DNA from: a virus
Lineage: Duplodnaviria; Caudoviricetes
DNA: 26,267 bases
Reading direction: 5' to 3' (one strand)
IMG/VR virus record: IMGVR_UViG_3300032303_002855
Span: 1 to 26,267 of that record
The first letter of the stretch is position 1. The number at the start of each line of letters is the position of its first letter. This document shows positions 23,610 to 26,267 of this stretch, in pieces. A model generated the notes under the pieces. That model did no database searches, was not told the DNA's origin, and worked only from the letters and a program-made list of their open reading frames with translations. A program made the position numbers and the translations under genes.

Positions 23610-25748
23610 ATGTTATTAGTTGCCAAGAATGGTAATATAAGATTTAAATTTTCATTTAGCAATGGTTCATCTTTCTATGATCCATTACTTGCTACTACCC
23701 CAGAAGACATTTACGTATCTATTATAAGAGGCCAGAACAACTACGGCAATGTAATACTTCCTCCTATCTCTGCAATGTCATCTAGTTATAAGATAACGGC
23801 AATATCTGGTATCTCAAAAGATGGAAGTAGTTATATACATCCTAATTTTACTTTTTCTATAAAACACAATCTCCAGCTTAACGCTATTTTAAGCGTATAT
23901 GGTATTGGTGGGAACATGGATGGAGAATACTTAGTAGAACAAATTATTAATGATTATACTGTAAAATTGAAATCCTATAAAGGTTCTACGTTATCTCTTT
24001 CTAGCTTTAATGCATCAAAGGAAATAGGAAGAGCAGTACATCTATCCAATTCATATCTAGAAAGAATCTCAAATTCTGAATATAATTTTATTTATACAGT
24101 TCCATCAAATTTGCAATCAGGAATATATACCGTAGTTATAAAAACTGTTCACGAAGGCATTGATCAGATAAGCGAAATTAACTTTCAAGTTACGGAAGAA
24201 AAATCTATTTCTGGAAAAGCAATTTCTGGTTATGAAGTAAATGGTGGAATAGTTAAAATATATACAGTTGGATCACATGGTTTTTCTATTGGGGATTATG
24301 TTTACATTTATGGTGTTTCAAGTTTAATAGATGGTAATTATTACGTAGCTAATTCTCCGGCAGAAGATCAAATTCTGTTTAGCCTTAATATCCCCAATGC
24401 TCAGTTTTCTTCAATATTTCCATACGGAAAAATATCTTACATAAATGTAGACGGGGTATCACCTGTATTGTCTGGTCCAAATGAGCCTACTAAAATAAGC
24501 TATAGACCAATGTACGATAGTCTTCAGCCTTACAGTACTAACTCTATACTACTAATTGGTCACGCAGATGGAATATCACTTAACGATGTTATTAGGATTA
24601 GTTCAGTCCAAGAAGCTGTTAATCTTTTATCTGGAGATAGAAAATCTCCTCTACTAAGGGGTATATTTGAAGCATATAACTCTGGGGCTAGAGATATATT
24701 CATTTGCGCAACAGCACCAATGAGTGAATATGTAGATTATACTGGTGATAGAATAAATTCAAAAGCCTACCTATCATCTTCTGCAGCAACACCAACAAAT
24801 CTTAACTTTTATCAAAAGTACTATGAAAGATTATCAGCAAGTTATCAAATAGCAAAAAATTACGAATTTATAGATATGATAGTTCCTCTAGAAACTAGCA
24901 TTATGAATGTTGGAAATGTAGATTTTATTTCTCAATTAGCAAATTATTGTAATGAATTTCACAACGAAACTGGATTTGTTCAAATCGGGATTATAGGATC
25001 TAGATCAAATGGCGTAAAAGATTCAGATATAGCTGTGTTAGAATCTAATCCAATATTCAAAAACAAACTTACAACTTACACCGGTTCTCCAGATGCCTAC
25101 CTAACTTTTAAAAATGGAGTATATTCCAGTAATAATAATAAACAAATTTCTTCTGATATAGGAAGATTTGTAATACCAATATATGGTGAAATAAATTTTG
25201 ATCATACTGGTTTTCCAATTTCTTATGCAGGCACTGCAGCAGCATCTTTTGCAGGGACACTTTCCAATACACCGGTGTACAACGGAATGATAAGAAAAAG
25301 AGTGAATAGTGCTTACTCATTGTATGGTGCAAATCTATCTGGTGAATCTTTAACCAGATTAGATAATCTTGGTATCAACACTGTCTATAGAAGTAGAAAA
25401 GCTAACAGAGGAAATCCTTATGAGATATATATTTCAAATGATTATACTTTAGCAAATAAAAATAGTATCTTTAGCAAAACTCCACAAATAAGATTAGCGG
25501 CAATGGTAATTAATGAGATAAAATCAATTGGTTATCAATCAATTGGCAAGTTCTCTAATGACAAGATCATAACTAATGTAAAGTCAATGTTAGAATCCAT
25601 ATTAAAAGCTAAGGCTATTAGAGACTACGATTTTGATGCTTACGCTGATAGATATGAAAAAGGTGTATTGGTTTTTGATATATCTTTAGTTTCAAGCTTA
25701 AGTTTAAAAAACATAAAATTCTCAGTATCAACAGGTCCAGGAGCATAA
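23610..25748 (+). CDS. Tail-sheath-like protein with N-terminal accessory beta domains
   Basis: Start more likely ATG 23610. The C-terminus (LDNLGINTV...NDYTLA...QIRLAAMVINEIKSI....IG...AIRDYDFD...LVFDISLV....LKNIKFSVS) fits the contractile sheath C-terminal domain. The N-terminus has two H(N/G)...(V/I)YG(I/V)....DG.Y.V repeats. Confidence 0.65.
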   Translation: MLLVAKNGNIRFKFSFSNGSSFYDPLLATTPEDIYVSIIRGQNNYGNVILPPISAMSSSYKITAISGISKDGSSYIHPNFTFSIKHNLQLNAILSVYGIGGNMDGEYLVEQIINDYTVKLKSYKGSTLSLSSFNASKEIGRAVHLSNSYLERISNSEYNFIYTVPSNLQSGIYTVVIKTVHEGIDQISEINFQVTEEKSISGKAISGYEVNGGIVKIYTVGSHGFSIGDYVYIYGVSSLIDGNYYVANSPAEDQILFSLNIPNAQFSSIFPYGKISYINVDGVSPVLSGPNEPTKISYRPMYDSLQPYSTNSILLIGHADGISLNDVIRISSVQEAVNLLSGDRKSPLLRGIFEAYNSGARDIFICATAPMSEYVDYTGDRINSKAYLSSSAATPTNLNFYQKYYERLSASYQIAKNYEFIDMIVPLETSIMNVGNVDFISQLANYCNEFHNETGFVQIGIIGSRSNGVKDSDIAVLESNPIFKNKLTTYTGSPDAYLTFKNGVYSSNNNKQISSDIGRFVIPIYGEINFDHTGFPISYAGTAAASFAGTLSNTPVYNGMIRKRVNSAYSLYGANLSGESLTRLDNLGINTVYRSRKANRGNPYEIYISNDYTLANKNSIFSKTPQIRLAAMVINEIKSIGYQSIGKFSNDKIITNVKSMLESILKAKAIRDYDFDAYADRYEKGVLVFDISLVSSLSLKNIKFSVSTGPGA

Positions 25749-25749
25749 T

Positions 25750-26267
25750 ATGCCACAAGGCTCATTCCCATTTCCTTCAATTGGAGAAGATAGCTTATCT
25801 AATGACAGGGTTTTTGGTCCTCCTCTTCAAGCTCAAGGAAACTTAACTTACTTAGAATTTATAGACATAGTTAAAATACTATGGAATGAATTACATCCTG
25901 ATATAGACATAGTTGCTACCTCTAATGGAAAATACTCAAAATACCCTTGCATAACGTATGGATTGGATTTAAAGAAGGCCCACACTAGCGAGCCAAAGCC
26001 TAGAACTAGGCAAGTATTAAACGATATTAACCAGCACGTATATGGTCAAAGATTTCAGAACATTGTTGCTTTTACCGTAATAACTAGAGCCGATGCTGGG
26101 AGTATACAGGCTACCGTGGGAACCGATGACCATACTACTGAATTAAGGTATGTCGGAGCTGAGATAGCAGACCGAATAATGGAAGTTTTCGAAGACTTTA
26201 TGCTTGAGTATACGCCTGTCTTTAAAAGACTTGGAGCCTCAGAGTTCGTCTATGCCAGAAGGTATTC
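25750..26267 (+). CDS. Putative tail terminator/completion protein, 3'-truncated (absent from the ORF track)
   Basis: My translation is open to the window end: MPQGSFPFPSIGEDSLSNDRVFGPPLQAQGNLTYLEFIDIVKILWNELHPD...YPCITYGL...YGQRFQNIVAFTVIT...AEIADRIMEVFEDFMLEYTPVFKRLGASEFVYARRY. Function inferred from pattern and position. Confidence 0.6.
   Translation, partial: MPQGSFPFPSIGEDSLSNDRVFGPPLQAQGNLTYLEFIDIVKILWNELHPDIDIVATSNGKYSKYPCITYGLDLKKAHTSEPKPRTRQVLNDINQHVYGQRFQNIVAFTVITRADAGSIQATVGTDDHTTELRYVGAEIADRIMEVFEDFMLEYTPVFKRLGASEFVYARRY

Noticed and set aside
1-26267. Alternative genetic code (TAG or TGA reassignment)
   Set aside because: No called gene ends in TAG, but ORFs are full length and densely packed under code 11, and TGA is used as a stop in several genes. 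There is no fragmentation to explain.
1-26267. tRNA/rRNA genes, integrase, transposase, introns or inteins
   Set aside because: Intergenic gaps are short and none shows a cloverleaf or other recognisable signature. No such protein motifs seen.

Overview
This window is a virion-morphogenesis region of a large dsDNA tailed phage. A tail-sheath-like gene suggests a myovirus; a PASTA domain and a leaderless-type promoter hint at an actinobacterial or other Gram-positive host. Gene order: capsid-associated gene (partial), HK97-fold major capsid protein and terminator, then about 10.5 kb of modular fibre/adhesin genes (Ig-like, collagen GPT, LamG, glycine-rich). About 9.8 kb of enzyme genes follow, then head-tail adaptor, head closure, sheath-like protein and a tail-terminator-like gene (partial). 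The island holds eight 2OG-Fe(II) dioxygenases of the prolyl-hydroxylase type, a DUF6065-like protein, a pair of small LGIDP paralogs and a glutathione-peroxidase-fold protein with three of its four catalytic residues replaced. The fibre block encodes a PASTA-domain protein ending in 15 tandem PPxF units; its gene is split by a +1 frameshift that the ORF track misses. The leading hypothesis (inference only) is a phage-encoded system that hydroxylates Pro/aromatic-rich and collagen-like virion proteins. Two promoter classes appear: a TACTATA motif 36-42 nt before several gene starts (putative late promoter) and host-type extended -10 promoters inside the island. All family calls come from motif recognition by eye; no searches were run.
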